Assembly: GCA_965206705.1 (NCBI GenBank)
Contig: CBDBKJ010000006.1
Location: forward strand, 1,849,355-1,913,354
Direction of reading: 5' to 3'
DNA from: Vicinamibacterales bacterium
Lineage (GTDB): Bacteria; Acidobacteriota; Vicinamibacteria; Vicinamibacterales; UBA8438
DNA length: 64,000 nucleotides
How positions within the stretch are numbered: position 1 is the stretch's first letter; every line of letters starts with the position of its first letter. A model generated the notes under the pieces. It worked only from the letters and a program-made list of their open reading frames with translations, searched no databases and was not told the origin of the DNA. A program made the translations under genes and the position numbers. Positions 45,956-55,154 of this stretch are shown piece by piece.

Positions 45956-47953
45956 CTACCGGAGGCTCCTGAGAAAGTTCACCAGATTCCAGAGGTCCGC
46001 CTCGGCGAGCCGGTCGCCGAAGGCGTCCATGGCGAAATCGGGGCCGATGCCGTCGCGGATGACCGCGAAGATCTCGCCGTCGCTGCCGCCGTGCTGCCAC
46101 GTCGGGTCGGCGAGATTCGAGGGACGCGGCCCGTAGGCCGCCGCCGCGGCGGCGAGCGCGCCGTCGCCCCGGCCGGTGGACCCGTGGCAGGCGGCGCAGT
46201 GGGCCGCGTAGGCGGCGGCGCCCGCTGCAGCCGATTCCGGCGTGCCCGCCGCCGGGTTGGAAAGCTCCCGCGCCTCGGGATGGGCGTGCGGAGCGGCGGG
46301 ATGGGCGGGCGCCGCGTCCTCCAGGGTGCGCAGCAGCGCCGCCGTGGCCTCGCGGACGTAGCGGTCGCCGGCGATGCCGTCGGCGTAGACGGCGAGGTCG
46401 GCCGGCGTCTGGCCGCGCCGGTTCTCGGCGTGGAGGTCGGCGCCGCGGTCCGTCAGCAGCGCGATGACGCGGTTCATGCCGTGGGAGGCGGCGGCGTGGA
46501 GGGCGGTGTCGCCGGCGGCGTTGGCGGCGTTCACGCGGGCGCCCAACGCAAGGGCCGCCGCGACCGTCTCCAGGGTCCGCCGCTCCTCCGCGGCGGGGAT
46601 GGCGGACCCGAGCGCGGCCGACTCGACCGGGTTGTAGGACGAGAAGTCGCGGCGGTCCCGGATGAACGCGCTGCCGCCGCCCCGGTTGTAGCCCAGCCCG
46701 GCCGCGGCCATCAGCGGCGTGGTGCCGGCGCGGCTCGGCGCGCGCGGGTCCGCGCCCGCGGCGGCGAGCACCTGCATCAACTCCGTCTCGAGAAAGTGGG
46801 CCGCGAGCCAGAACGGAGTCGCGCCGACCCACCGGTCCATGAACGCGAAGTCGTGGCTCCAGCGCCGCACCGGCGTGCCCTTGACGAGGCGCGCGTCCGG
46901 ATTCGCACCGTGCGCGAGCAGCGCGCGCACGAGCGCCGCGCCGGCGCCGGCATCGTCGTTGACGACGCCGCGGTCGCGCAGCGTGCCCCGCAGCACCGCC
47001 GCGTGAACCGCCGTGTAGCCGAGGGGCGCCGCGTTCGGGTCGGCCCCGGCGCGGAGCAGCAGCGCCGCCAGGGAACCGTGGCCGCTGTGGGCGGCGATGA
47101 CGAGGGCGGTGTTGCCGTCGGCGGCGGTGTCGTGCACGTCCGCGCCGGCCGCGATCAGCAGGCGGGCCGACTCGACGTCGCCCGACCGGGCCGCGAACAG
47201 CAGCGCGGTGCTCCCGCCCTCCACAACCTCTTCGAGAGCGATGCCCCCCGACGCCGACCCGGCCGACCGGCTGCCGCCCATGTTGAAGACCCGCCGGCGG
47301 GTCGTGGTCCGGGCCCCGGCGTCGGCGCCGGCGTCCAGCAGCGCCCGCGTGACCGCCGGACGCCGGTTCGCGACGGCCCACATGAGGGCGGTCTGGCCGC
47401 GTGCCGCTTCGGCTGCGTTCACGCGCGCGCCGCGCGCCAGCAGAGCGTTCACCGCCGCCAGGCTGCCGGCGCGAGCTGCCGCCATCAGCGCGGTCTCGCC
47501 GCTCGGGAGGGCCGCGTTCGCGTCCGCACCGGCCGCGAGCAACCGCTCGACCAGGACCCCGTGCCCGCGCCGCGCGGCCATGAGCAACGAGGTGACCCCG
47601 AGGTCGTTGGCCGCGCTCACGTCGGCTCCCGCGCCAATCAGCAGGTCCGCGGCGACCGCGTCCTCGTGGTGCACCGCCCAGTGGAGGGCCGTCGCGCCGT
47701 CCGGCTGCCGCGCATTCACGTCGACCGGTCCGGCCAGCCGGGCGCTCAACTCCGCCGCGTCGCCGTTGCGCACCGCCGTGATCAACGGAGACACGCCGGA
47801 TGCCGCGGTCGTCTGGGCGCGGGCAGCGCCGGACCCGGCGCAAAGCGCCACGGCCAGCAGCACGGTCAATGGAGCCCGCGGCCGGCGCCGCCGCGCCGAA
47901 CCTGCACCCGTGGGCCTGTGAGTCGTCATCCCGGATGTCGCCAAACCGTGCAT
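45956..47953 (-). CDS. Exported ankyrin-repeat protein fused to a C-terminal c-type cytochrome domain (module 3)
   Basis: RR-containing signal peptide (SARRRRPRAPLTVLLAVALCAGSGAARAQ), ankyrin repeats over about 500 aa, and a C-terminal AAHCAACHGSTGRGDG...LWNLVNFLRSL (monoheme cytochrome c fold). Confidence 0.85.
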   Translation of the reverse strand: MHGLATSGMTTHRPTGAGSARRRRPRAPLTVLLAVALCAGSGAARAQTTAASGVSPLITAVRNGDAAELSARLAGPVDVNARQPDGATALHWAVHHEDAVAADLLIGAGADVSAANDLGVTSLLMAARRGHGVLVERLLAAGADANAALPSGETALMAAARAGSLAAVNALLARGARVNAAEAARGQTALMWAVANRRPAVTRALLDAGADAGARTTTRRRVFNMGGSRSAGSASGGIALEEVVEGGSTALLFAARSGDVESARLLIAAGADVHDTAADGNTALVIAAHSGHGSLAALLLRAGADPNAAPLGYTAVHAAVLRGTLRDRGVVNDDAGAGAALVRALLAHGANPDARLVKGTPVRRWSHDFAFMDRWVGATPFWLAAHFLETELMQVLAAAGADPRAPSRAGTTPLMAAAGLGYNRGGGSAFIRDRRDFSSYNPVESAALGSAIPAAEERRTLETVAAALALGARVNAANAAGDTALHAAASHGMNRVIALLTDRGADLHAENRRGQTPADLAVYADGIAGDRYVREATAALLRTLEDAAPAHPAAPHAHPEARELSNPAAGTPESAAAGAAAYAAHCAACHGSTGRGDGALAAAAAAYGPRPSNLADPTWQHGGSDGEIFAVIRDGIGPDFAMDAFGDRLAEADLWNLVNFLRSLR

Positions 47954-47969
47954 GGGGCAATGCCGATCG

Positions 47970-49343
47970 CTACAGGTCCAGCCGCCCGGTGCTGTCGTGG
48001 ATGCGGTCGGCGCGCATCCCCAGCTTCTCCAGCACCGTCACGTGCAGGTTGGCCAGGGGGGTGCCGCCGTCGACCGAACGGCCGGCGCCGGTCGCGCCGT
48101 CGTACCGGATGTGCCGCCCGCCGTGGAGCCGTCCCGCGGCGCCGCCGGCCACGACCATCGGCAAATTCCACGGCCGGTGGTCGCCCTCGGCCATGCCCGC
48201 CCCGTAGTAGAGAACGGCGTGATCGAGCAGCGACCCGTCGCCGTCCGGGGTCGCGGCGAGCCGGTCGAGGTAGTAGGCGAACTGCTCGGCGTGGTGCTTG
48301 TTGATGCGAATCAACTGCTCGCGGCTCGCGGCGCTGCCCTCGTGCGACAGCGGGTGGTGCCCGCCGGGGGCGCCGATCTCCGGATAGGTGCGGCTGCTGA
48401 ACTCGCGGCCGACCATGAACGTGATGACCCGGGTCAGGTCGCTCTGCCACGCGAGCACCTGCAGGTCGAACATCAGCCGCGCATGGTCCGCGAAGGCCGC
48501 GGGGACGCCGGCCGGCTGATCGAACGCCGGCAGCTCGCGCGCCGCCTGCGTCTCGACCCGCTGGATGCGCCGCTCGATGTCGCGGACCGCGTCGAGATAC
48601 TCACCCAGCCTCGCGGCGTCGCTCGGGCCGAGGCCGCGCGTCAGGGCCGCGGCCTTGTCGCGGACCGAATCGAGGAGGCTTCGCCTGCGTTCGGCCCGGG
48701 CCTGGCGCGCGGCGGGGTCGGTGCTGCCGCCGTCCCCGAACATCCGTTCGAACACCACCCGCGGGTTGTGCTCCATCGGCAGCGGGGTGCGCGGCCCGCG
48801 CCAGGCGATGGTATGGCTGTAGGTGCAGCTGTAGCCGCCGTCGCAGGTTCCCGCTCCCTTGTCGCCCGACTCCAGGGACAGCTCGAGCGACCCGATCGGC
48901 GTCTCGCCGCCGATCTCGCGCGCGATGAGCTGATCGAGGGAGACGTCGGCGAGAAAGTCGTTCCCTTCCTGCCCGAACGGCCGCGGAATCGCGCCGGTGA
49001 GGAACTTGGTCGCGCACCGGCCGTGGACCGCGCCGCTTCTCGCGGTCAGGCCGTTCACGTTCTGGGTCAGCCCGCTCAGCACCAGCAACCGGTCGCGAAA
49101 CGGCGCCAGGGGGGCGAGGATGGGCGAGAACGCGAACCCCGCGCCGTCGGTTTCCGGGGTCCACTGATCGAGCACGACCCCGTTCGGGACGTAGACGACG
49201 CCGAACCGCCGGATCGGGCGCGCCGCGGTCCGGGCGAGCGCGGTCGCCGCCGGCACCATGCCGTCGAGCAGCGGCAGCGCCACCACCGCCCCGACCCCGC
49301 GCAGCACCGTCCGGCGGGGAATCGCCTTCCTGGTGATGATCAT
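47970..49343 (-). CDS. DUF1552 domain protein, TAT-exported (module 3)
   Basis: MIITRKAIPRRTVLRGVGAVVALPLLDGMVP and GAPGGHHPLSHE. ATGA overlap with the upstream DUF1592 gene. Confidence 0.85.
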   Translation of the reverse strand: MIITRKAIPRRTVLRGVGAVVALPLLDGMVPAATALARTAARPIRRFGVVYVPNGVVLDQWTPETDGAGFAFSPILAPLAPFRDRLLVLSGLTQNVNGLTARSGAVHGRCATKFLTGAIPRPFGQEGNDFLADVSLDQLIAREIGGETPIGSLELSLESGDKGAGTCDGGYSCTYSHTIAWRGPRTPLPMEHNPRVVFERMFGDGGSTDPAARQARAERRRSLLDSVRDKAAALTRGLGPSDAARLGEYLDAVRDIERRIQRVETQAARELPAFDQPAGVPAAFADHARLMFDLQVLAWQSDLTRVITFMVGREFSSRTYPEIGAPGGHHPLSHEGSAASREQLIRINKHHAEQFAYYLDRLAATPDGDGSLLDHAVLYYGAGMAEGDHRPWNLPMVVAGGAAGRLHGGRHIRYDGATGAGRSVDGGTPLANLHVTVLEKLGMRADRIHDSTGRLDL

Positions 49344-51850
49344 GACTCCGACCTCCGCATCCGGAACGGCGTGCTCTCGACGATGCCCAGGATCAGCGAC
49401 GACCACCGGTAGTCGTCGGCTTCCGCCGCGCGCACGATGCCCCGGATCACCGGGCGATCGTACGACTCGATGCCGCGGCCGAGGGCATAGACGAGAAGCT
49501 TCTCGGTGACCGTCTCGACGAACTGCCCGGAGCGTTCGAGCAGCACCCGCCGCAGCCCGCCGGGACCCTCGAACGTGGTGAGCCCGTCGGCGAGCACGGC
49601 CGAGGCGTCGATGGGCAGCCCGGCATCGCGCTCCCGCCACTGCCCGAGGGCGTCGAAGTTCTCGAGCGCGAAACCCAGCGGGTCCATCGGCGCATGACAA
49701 GCGGCGCAGGCCGGATTCCGCCGGTGCTGCGCGAGCCGTTCGCGCACCGTGCGGGGCTCGCCGGCGGCGCCGCCGGCAGGCAGCGGCGGGATGTCCGGCG
49801 GGGGCGGCGGGGGCGGGGTGCCCAGGACGTTCTCGAGCAGCCACTTCGCGCGGAGCACCGGCGAGGTGCGGTTGCCGTAGGAGGTCACGGCGAGGATGCT
49901 CCCGTGGCCGAGCAGGCCGACGCGCCGGGCCGCGGCGGGTCCCTGGCGGCCGAGGGTCACCCGCCGGTAGCGGCTGCCGGTGACGCCGGGAATGCCGTAG
50001 TGCCGGGCCAGCCGCTCGTTCAGGAACGTATAGTCCGCGCCGAGCAGGTCGATGACGCTGCGGTCCTCGCGCAGCTGGCTCTCGAAGAACAGCTCGGTCT
50101 CGTGCCGGAACGCCTCGCGGAGGTTCTCGTCGAAACCGGGAAAGAGATTCGGATCGGGCACGATGCCGCCGACGCTGCGCAGCGACAGCCACTGGCCCGC
50201 GAAGTTGTCGACGAGGGCCGACGCGCGGGCGTCGGCCAGCATGCGCCGCACCTGGCCCTCGAGCACGCCGGGGTCCGAGAGACGGCCCCGCTCCGCTGCT
50301 TCGAGGAGCTCGTCGTCCGGGATGCTGCTCCAGAGGAAGAACGACAGCCGCGAGGCCAGCTCGAGGTCGGTCAGCAGGTAGGGGGCGCCGGGCGCCGCGC
50401 CCTCCTGATCGCGCTCGATGCGGAACAGGAACTCCGGGTCGATCAGGAGACGCTCGATCGCGGTCTGGATGCCGGCCTCGAAACCGCGGACCGCCCGCCC
50501 CTCCCGGTAGAAGGCCAAGAGCGGCTCGAGGTCGCCGCCGCCGACCGGCCGGCGATAGGCGCGCCGGGCGAGCCGGGCGAGAATCGTCCGGGCGCAGCGT
50601 TCGCCGCCGGCATCCTCGCCGTCGGGCCGGCAGACGAAGATCCGGGATCGGCTGGCGGTCTCACCGGGTCCCGTCACCCCGTAGGGTCCGTCGATGGTGA
50701 CGCTCTCCAGGCCGGGTCCTTCCGGCCGGGACGAGGTGTCGGTGGTTTCCGTGACGGTGGCGCCGTACTCGCGGAGCGCCGGCTGGAGCACCCCCTCGTG
50801 CTCCCACGACTTGTCGGCGAACGACACGCCGACCACCCGGGTGCCGGCCCGCACCGGGATGCGCACCACGAGGCCCGCGTCCGCCCCGGTGCGGTAGTCG
50901 TCCCAGTCCTGGGTCGGATACTCGGAGGCGCCGGCGGCCACGAACGTGCCCGAGAAGCTGACCGGCGCCGGCTTCCCCGGCTCGGCGCCCCCGACGGTGA
51001 ACCGGGCCGCCCGCCGGCCGTCGATCCGCACGTCGAGATCGTGGGCCTCGTCGAGGTTGACGATGTACTCGTACACGCTCCGTTTCAGCCGCACGGTGAC
51101 GACGTACTCGCCGTCGAGGGGGAAGCGATGGCGCACCGCGAGACCGCCGCGCGACCCGAACGGCAGCGCCTCGCTCATCCGGTCGTTCTGGGCCATCGCG
51201 ATCGGGACCGTGTAGCTGCGCGAGGTCAGGCCCGGACCGATCGTGGGGTCCCCGACCGCGAGGCGGCTGATGCGCCGGGCCGCCGACAGGTAGCGCTCCA
51301 TCAACGCCGGCGAGAGGGCGAGGGTGCCCGCGAGGTTGTCGAACCCGTGGCCGGTGTCGTCGGCCGGCAGCAGCGCCGCCGCGTCGACGTCGAGGGCCAG
51401 GAGGTCGCGGACGGCGTTGGCGTACTCGGCCCGGTTCAGCCGGTGGGTCGGCACCCGGCCCGGCTCGACGGTCGAGGCGGCGGCGCGGTCGAGCTCGGCC
51501 TCGAGCCATGTGCGGAACTCGTCGAGGGCCGCCCCGCCGGGACGCGGCCGACCGGCCGGGGGCATCATGCCCCCGCGCAGCTTCAGGACCACCGCCTCCC
51601 AGACGCCGGGCGCCTCGCCGACGCGGGACAGGTCCGCGACGTCGAGGGCGAGGTCCCCCGTCCGCAGCCGCTGGTTGTGGCAGGTGACGCAGTAACGGTC
51701 GAGGAGGGCGCGCTGCGGCGCCGGCGCAGGCGCGATGCTCTGCGCCGGGTTCCCTGCCCCGGGTTGCGGGCGCGGGCCGGCCGCACCGGCGCCGGCGGGG
51801 GCGGCCCCGGCCAGCACCGCGACCAGGGCGGCGGCAACGGCTCGCACCAT
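49340..51850 (-). CDS. DUF1592/DUF1588/DUF1585-type protein with two CxxCH motifs (module 3)
   Basis: LLDRYCVTCHNQRL and RNPACAACHAPMDPLGFALENFD. Confidence 0.85.
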   Translation of the reverse strand: MVRAVAAALVAVLAGAAPAGAGAAGPRPQPGAGNPAQSIAPAPAPQRALLDRYCVTCHNQRLRTGDLALDVADLSRVGEAPGVWEAVVLKLRGGMMPPAGRPRPGGAALDEFRTWLEAELDRAAASTVEPGRVPTHRLNRAEYANAVRDLLALDVDAAALLPADDTGHGFDNLAGTLALSPALMERYLSAARRISRLAVGDPTIGPGLTSRSYTVPIAMAQNDRMSEALPFGSRGGLAVRHRFPLDGEYVVTVRLKRSVYEYIVNLDEAHDLDVRIDGRRAARFTVGGAEPGKPAPVSFSGTFVAAGASEYPTQDWDDYRTGADAGLVVRIPVRAGTRVVGVSFADKSWEHEGVLQPALREYGATVTETTDTSSRPEGPGLESVTIDGPYGVTGPGETASRSRIFVCRPDGEDAGGERCARTILARLARRAYRRPVGGGDLEPLLAFYREGRAVRGFEAGIQTAIERLLIDPEFLFRIERDQEGAAPGAPYLLTDLELASRLSFFLWSSIPDDELLEAAERGRLSDPGVLEGQVRRMLADARASALVDNFAGQWLSLRSVGGIVPDPNLFPGFDENLREAFRHETELFFESQLREDRSVIDLLGADYTFLNERLARHYGIPGVTGSRYRRVTLGRQGPAAARRVGLLGHGSILAVTSYGNRTSPVLRAKWLLENVLGTPPPPPPPDIPPLPAGGAAGEPRTVRERLAQHRRNPACAACHAPMDPLGFALENFDALGQWRERDAGLPIDASAVLADGLTTFEGPGGLRRVLLERSGQFVETVTEKLLVYALGRGIESYDRPVIRGIVRAAEADDYRWSSLILGIVESTPFRMRRSES

Positions 51851-51986
51851 GCGCCGATCTTACACCCGCGGAACGACGGTCAGCGGGGGGCGCCGGGTCG
51901 ATCTGCCCGCGCCGCTCGGTTCCAGCTCCTCGGGCCCCCGGCGAGCCCCGGGCGCCGGCAAACCGGCGGTGGTCCGGGCAGCCGCC

Positions 51987-52157
51987 CCCCGGAGCCCGCG
52001 GCAATCCCGTTTACAACTTGTGCGCCCCCTGCGACTCGTGGCCCGCACCCCGGAACCCGGGGCAGGCTGGATGCAATTTGCCACCTGCCAGCGTCGTCGA
52101 AGCGGTCGGGGTCGGGCATCCCCGGAGCCCGGGGCAGGCCCGATGCGATTTCGCCAC
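51987..52157. repeat. Three dispersed copies of CCCCGGAGCCCGGGGCAGGC...GATGCRATTT(C)GCCAC in a divergent promoter region
   Basis: R1 (52048-52084) and R2 (52120-52157) differ at about 5 of 38 positions. R0 (51987-52026) shares only the first ~16 nt. Each unit contains the mini-palindrome CCCCGG-N3-CCGGGG. Confidence 0.65.
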
Positions 52158-52302
52158 GGGCTCCGGTGCTCCTATACTGAGGGCCGGACAGTCAATGGGA
52201 CCATCGCCGGTGTCGCCCGGAGCGCCCGTGGCGAGAGTTCCGCGTCGCTCCTGGACCAGAGTGGAAACCGGCGGCGATGATGCCCGAGACCGAGGTGACA
52301 CG

Positions 52303-54087
52303 ATGTCGAAGCAACCACGAACCAACGGCGTCCGGCGTCTCGTCGGCGCGGCAGTCGCGGTGGCGGCAACCCTGCTCGTCGGCGCCGCCTCCCCCGCCGG
52401 GGTTGCCCTCGCCCAGGACGGCAGCGGCGCTGGCGTGATTGCGGGCCGGGTGACGGCCGACCACGGCGAGGTTCGCGCCCTCCGCGTGAAGGCGCACGAC
52501 ACCGTCCACCGCATCGCCTACACCGTCTACACCCGGGACGGCGGCTACCGCATCTACAACCTGCCGCCGAGCACCTACGACGTTTCGGTGGTCGAGGAGG
52601 CGTTCGAGTCACCGGTCGCGACGGTAGAGGTGCGGGCCGGTGGGACGACAACCGTCGATCTCGCGCTGACGGCCCTCGGGGCGGGCCCCGAGCAGGGCGC
52701 GGCGGCGCGGGGAGCGACGGCGCAACGCAACTACGGCGGCGGCGCCGCGGACGACCGGGCGGCGGAGATCGTCGATTTCGACACCCTCTATCCGCCCCAT
52801 CCCGCCCGCGACGTCATGCTGCGGTCCTGCTTCGGCTGCCACGGACCGGCCGGCTTCCACCGCCGCGGGCCGCGGAACGAGAACGGGTGGCGGCAGGCGG
52901 TCGACCGGATGTTCGACGTCGACGGCCGCGTGGCCAACATGGCCCCCGGGGTGCCGCAGGTGACGCACGACCTCGTGTCGGTGGACGAGAAGGAGCTGAT
53001 CATCCAGTACCTGACCGCCAACTTCGGACCCGGGTCGCAGCCCCGCGACCTCGAGCTCGACCCCCTCGTCCGCGACGAGGAGGCGCTGTCCAAGGCGGTC
53101 TACATCGAGTACGAGCTGAACCGCGGACCGCGGCGCCTGCTCTCGAACGGCGCGCCGCCGCGCGGCAGCATTCACAGCGTCTTCGCGAGCGTGGCCGAAC
53201 CGGGCGTCATCTGGGTATCCGGCAACGGCTCGAACTCCATCATTCGCATGGACAGCCGAAATCCCGACTTCGAGACGCGCACGCGGGAGCTCTGGATCGA
53301 GAACCCCGAGAACATCAACGTCACGCCGCACGGCATCGTCGAGTATGGCGGGCGCGTGTACTGGGTCGAGCTGACCGGCGACCACTTCGGCGAGCTCGAT
53401 CCGGCCACCGGCGAGATGACCCGCCATGCGCTGCCGACGACCGGCGCCGGACCGCACAGCCTCTGGGTCGACTCCCGCGGCCAGTTCTGGTACACCTACT
53501 TCGCCTCGGCCGGCCGAATCGGCCGCTACGATGCCACCGCGAACGACTTCACCGAGTGGGAGCCGCTGGCCGGGTTCAGCGGCTACGGCATCGTCGTCGA
53601 CCGGCAGGACCGCGTCTGGGCGGTGGGCCTGCACACCCCCGCGATCTTCATGTACAACCAGGAAACGGCCGAGTGGCGGTCGTACCCCCTCGCCAATCCG
53701 GCGCGCCGCCCCGCCATCGACGCCAACGGCAAGGTCTGGGCGGCGCACTACTTCGGCAACGCCATCTCGAAGATCGACCCGGTGACGGGGACCGTCACCG
53801 AGTTCGAGCTGCCCCTCAAGGACGGGAACCCCTACGACGTCTGGCCGGACGCCGAGGACAACCTGTGGGTCGAGAACGGCATCTACAACGCGCTGGTGCG
53901 GTTCGATCAGAAGACGAACGCCTTCACCTACTTCCCGTTCCCCGAGCTCCAGGCGCATACGCCGAAGCTCGACCGCGACGGGGAGGGCACGCTCTGGTTC
54001 ACGCTGCGCGGGCCGTCCGGACCGGGGGTGGCCGCGCTCAAGCCGAACGGCAACGTGCCGCCGAGTCGGGTGAGCGCCGGCCAGTAG
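52303..54087 (+). CDS. Secreted carboxypeptidase-regulatory-like domain / CxxCH / Vgb-like beta-propeller protein
   Basis: Signal peptide; GRVTADHGEVRALRVKAHD...GGYRIYNLPPSTYDVSV; LRSCFGCHGPAG; and a C-terminal repeated propeller (GPHSLWVDSRGQFWYT, GYGIVVDRQDRVWAV, NLWVENGIYN). Confidence 0.8.
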   Translation: MSKQPRTNGVRRLVGAAVAVAATLLVGAASPAGVALAQDGSGAGVIAGRVTADHGEVRALRVKAHDTVHRIAYTVYTRDGGYRIYNLPPSTYDVSVVEEAFESPVATVEVRAGGTTTVDLALTALGAGPEQGAAARGATAQRNYGGGAADDRAAEIVDFDTLYPPHPARDVMLRSCFGCHGPAGFHRRGPRNENGWRQAVDRMFDVDGRVANMAPGVPQVTHDLVSVDEKELIIQYLTANFGPGSQPRDLELDPLVRDEEALSKAVYIEYELNRGPRRLLSNGAPPRGSIHSVFASVAEPGVIWVSGNGSNSIIRMDSRNPDFETRTRELWIENPENINVTPHGIVEYGGRVYWVELTGDHFGELDPATGEMTRHALPTTGAGPHSLWVDSRGQFWYTYFASAGRIGRYDATANDFTEWEPLAGFSGYGIVVDRQDRVWAVGLHTPAIFMYNQETAEWRSYPLANPARRPAIDANGKVWAAHYFGNAISKIDPVTGTVTEFELPLKDGNPYDVWPDAEDNLWVENGIYNALVRFDQKTNAFTYFPFPELQAHTPKLDRDGEGTLWFTLRGPSGPGVAALKPNGNVPPSRVSAGQ

Positions 54088-54240
54088 CGCCGGCAGACCG
54101 GGGTTCGGGAAACGCCGGCCGGAGCGGGCGGGAAGGTGAGGGCGGGGCCGCCGATCCCCGGGCGCCGGGTCCGGCCGCCACCGCCGTTGCGGGATTGCGG
54201 CGTCCGACCGATGCCGCGGGACAGCAGAGAGGGGCATGCG

Positions 54241-55134
54241 ATGAGATGGTGGGCAGCCGCGAGTGCGGCAGCGTTGATGGGCATCCTGGTTCAGCCGGCC
54301 GCGGGGCAGACCACCAGCCTGGCCGGAGTCATCGACTTCCACGTGCATTCCGGCCCGGACTCGAGACCCCGGTCGGTAAGCGACCTTGAGATCGCGCGCA
54401 TCGGGAAGCGGGCGGGCATGCGCGGGCTCGTCTTCAAGAACCACTTCACGATGACCGCGGACCGCGCCTGGCTGGCGATGCAGGAGGTGCCCGGCATCGA
54501 GATCTTCGGGGGGGTCGCGCTCAACCACTCCGTCGGCGGGCTCAACGCAGAGGTCGTCCGGCAGATGGTGGCGTTCTCCGGCGGGCGCGGCAAGGTGGTG
54601 TGGCTGCCGACCTTCGACGCCGAGTTCTGGATGACCCGCGCGGGCGACCCCGGCGCGTTCGTGCCGGTCATGCGCGACGGCGTGATGGACCCGGCCCTCG
54701 GCGAGATCTTCGACCTGATCGCCGAGCACGACCTCGTGCTGGCGCTGGGGCACTCGTCGCCCGAGGAGGTGGTGGCCCTGATTCCCGAGGCGCGCGCCCG
54801 CGGCGTCGAGCAGATTCTCGTCACCCACGGGCTCGGTCAGTCGCCGACCGCCGCCCAGCTCCGGGCGATGGCCGATCACGACGTGGTCATCGAGCTGGTC
54901 TGGCTGGCGGTCATGAACGGCGAGTTCACCTACGCCGACTACGCCGAGGCCATCCTCGAGTACGGCGCCGACCACTTCCTGCTGTCGTCCGACCTCGGAC
55001 AGGCGGGAAACCCGCTGCACCCCGACGGCCTGAACGCCCTCATGGACGGGCTGCGCGGCGAAGGCATCAGCGACGCGGACATCGACGTGATGATCCGCGA
55101 GAACCCGGCCCGGCTCCTCGGCCTCGACCCGTAG
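54241..55134 (+). CDS. Secreted amidohydrolase-superfamily (TIM-barrel metal hydrolase) protein
   Basis: Signal peptide MRWWAAASAAALMGILVQPAAGQ, then GVIDFHVHSGPD (HxH metal motif) and ...ILVTHG.... Confidence 0.65.
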   Translation: MRWWAAASAAALMGILVQPAAGQTTSLAGVIDFHVHSGPDSRPRSVSDLEIARIGKRAGMRGLVFKNHFTMTADRAWLAMQEVPGIEIFGGVALNHSVGGLNAEVVRQMVAFSGGRGKVVWLPTFDAEFWMTRAGDPGAFVPVMRDGVMDPALGEIFDLIAEHDLVLALGHSSPEEVVALIPEARARGVEQILVTHGLGQSPTAAQLRAMADHDVVIELVWLAVMNGEFTYADYAEAILEYGADHFLLSSDLGQAGNPLHPDGLNALMDGLRGEGISDADIDVMIRENPARLLGLDP

Positions 55135-55154
55135 GAGGGACCTGGGAGGTCCAC

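Noticed and set aside
52060-52090. Possible sigma-54 promoter (TGGCA..TTGCA on the minus strand of repeat R1).
   Set aside because: The GG-to-GC spacing is 8 nt instead of the required 12 (TGGCAC-N5-TTGC), so it does not fit the -24/-12 architecture.
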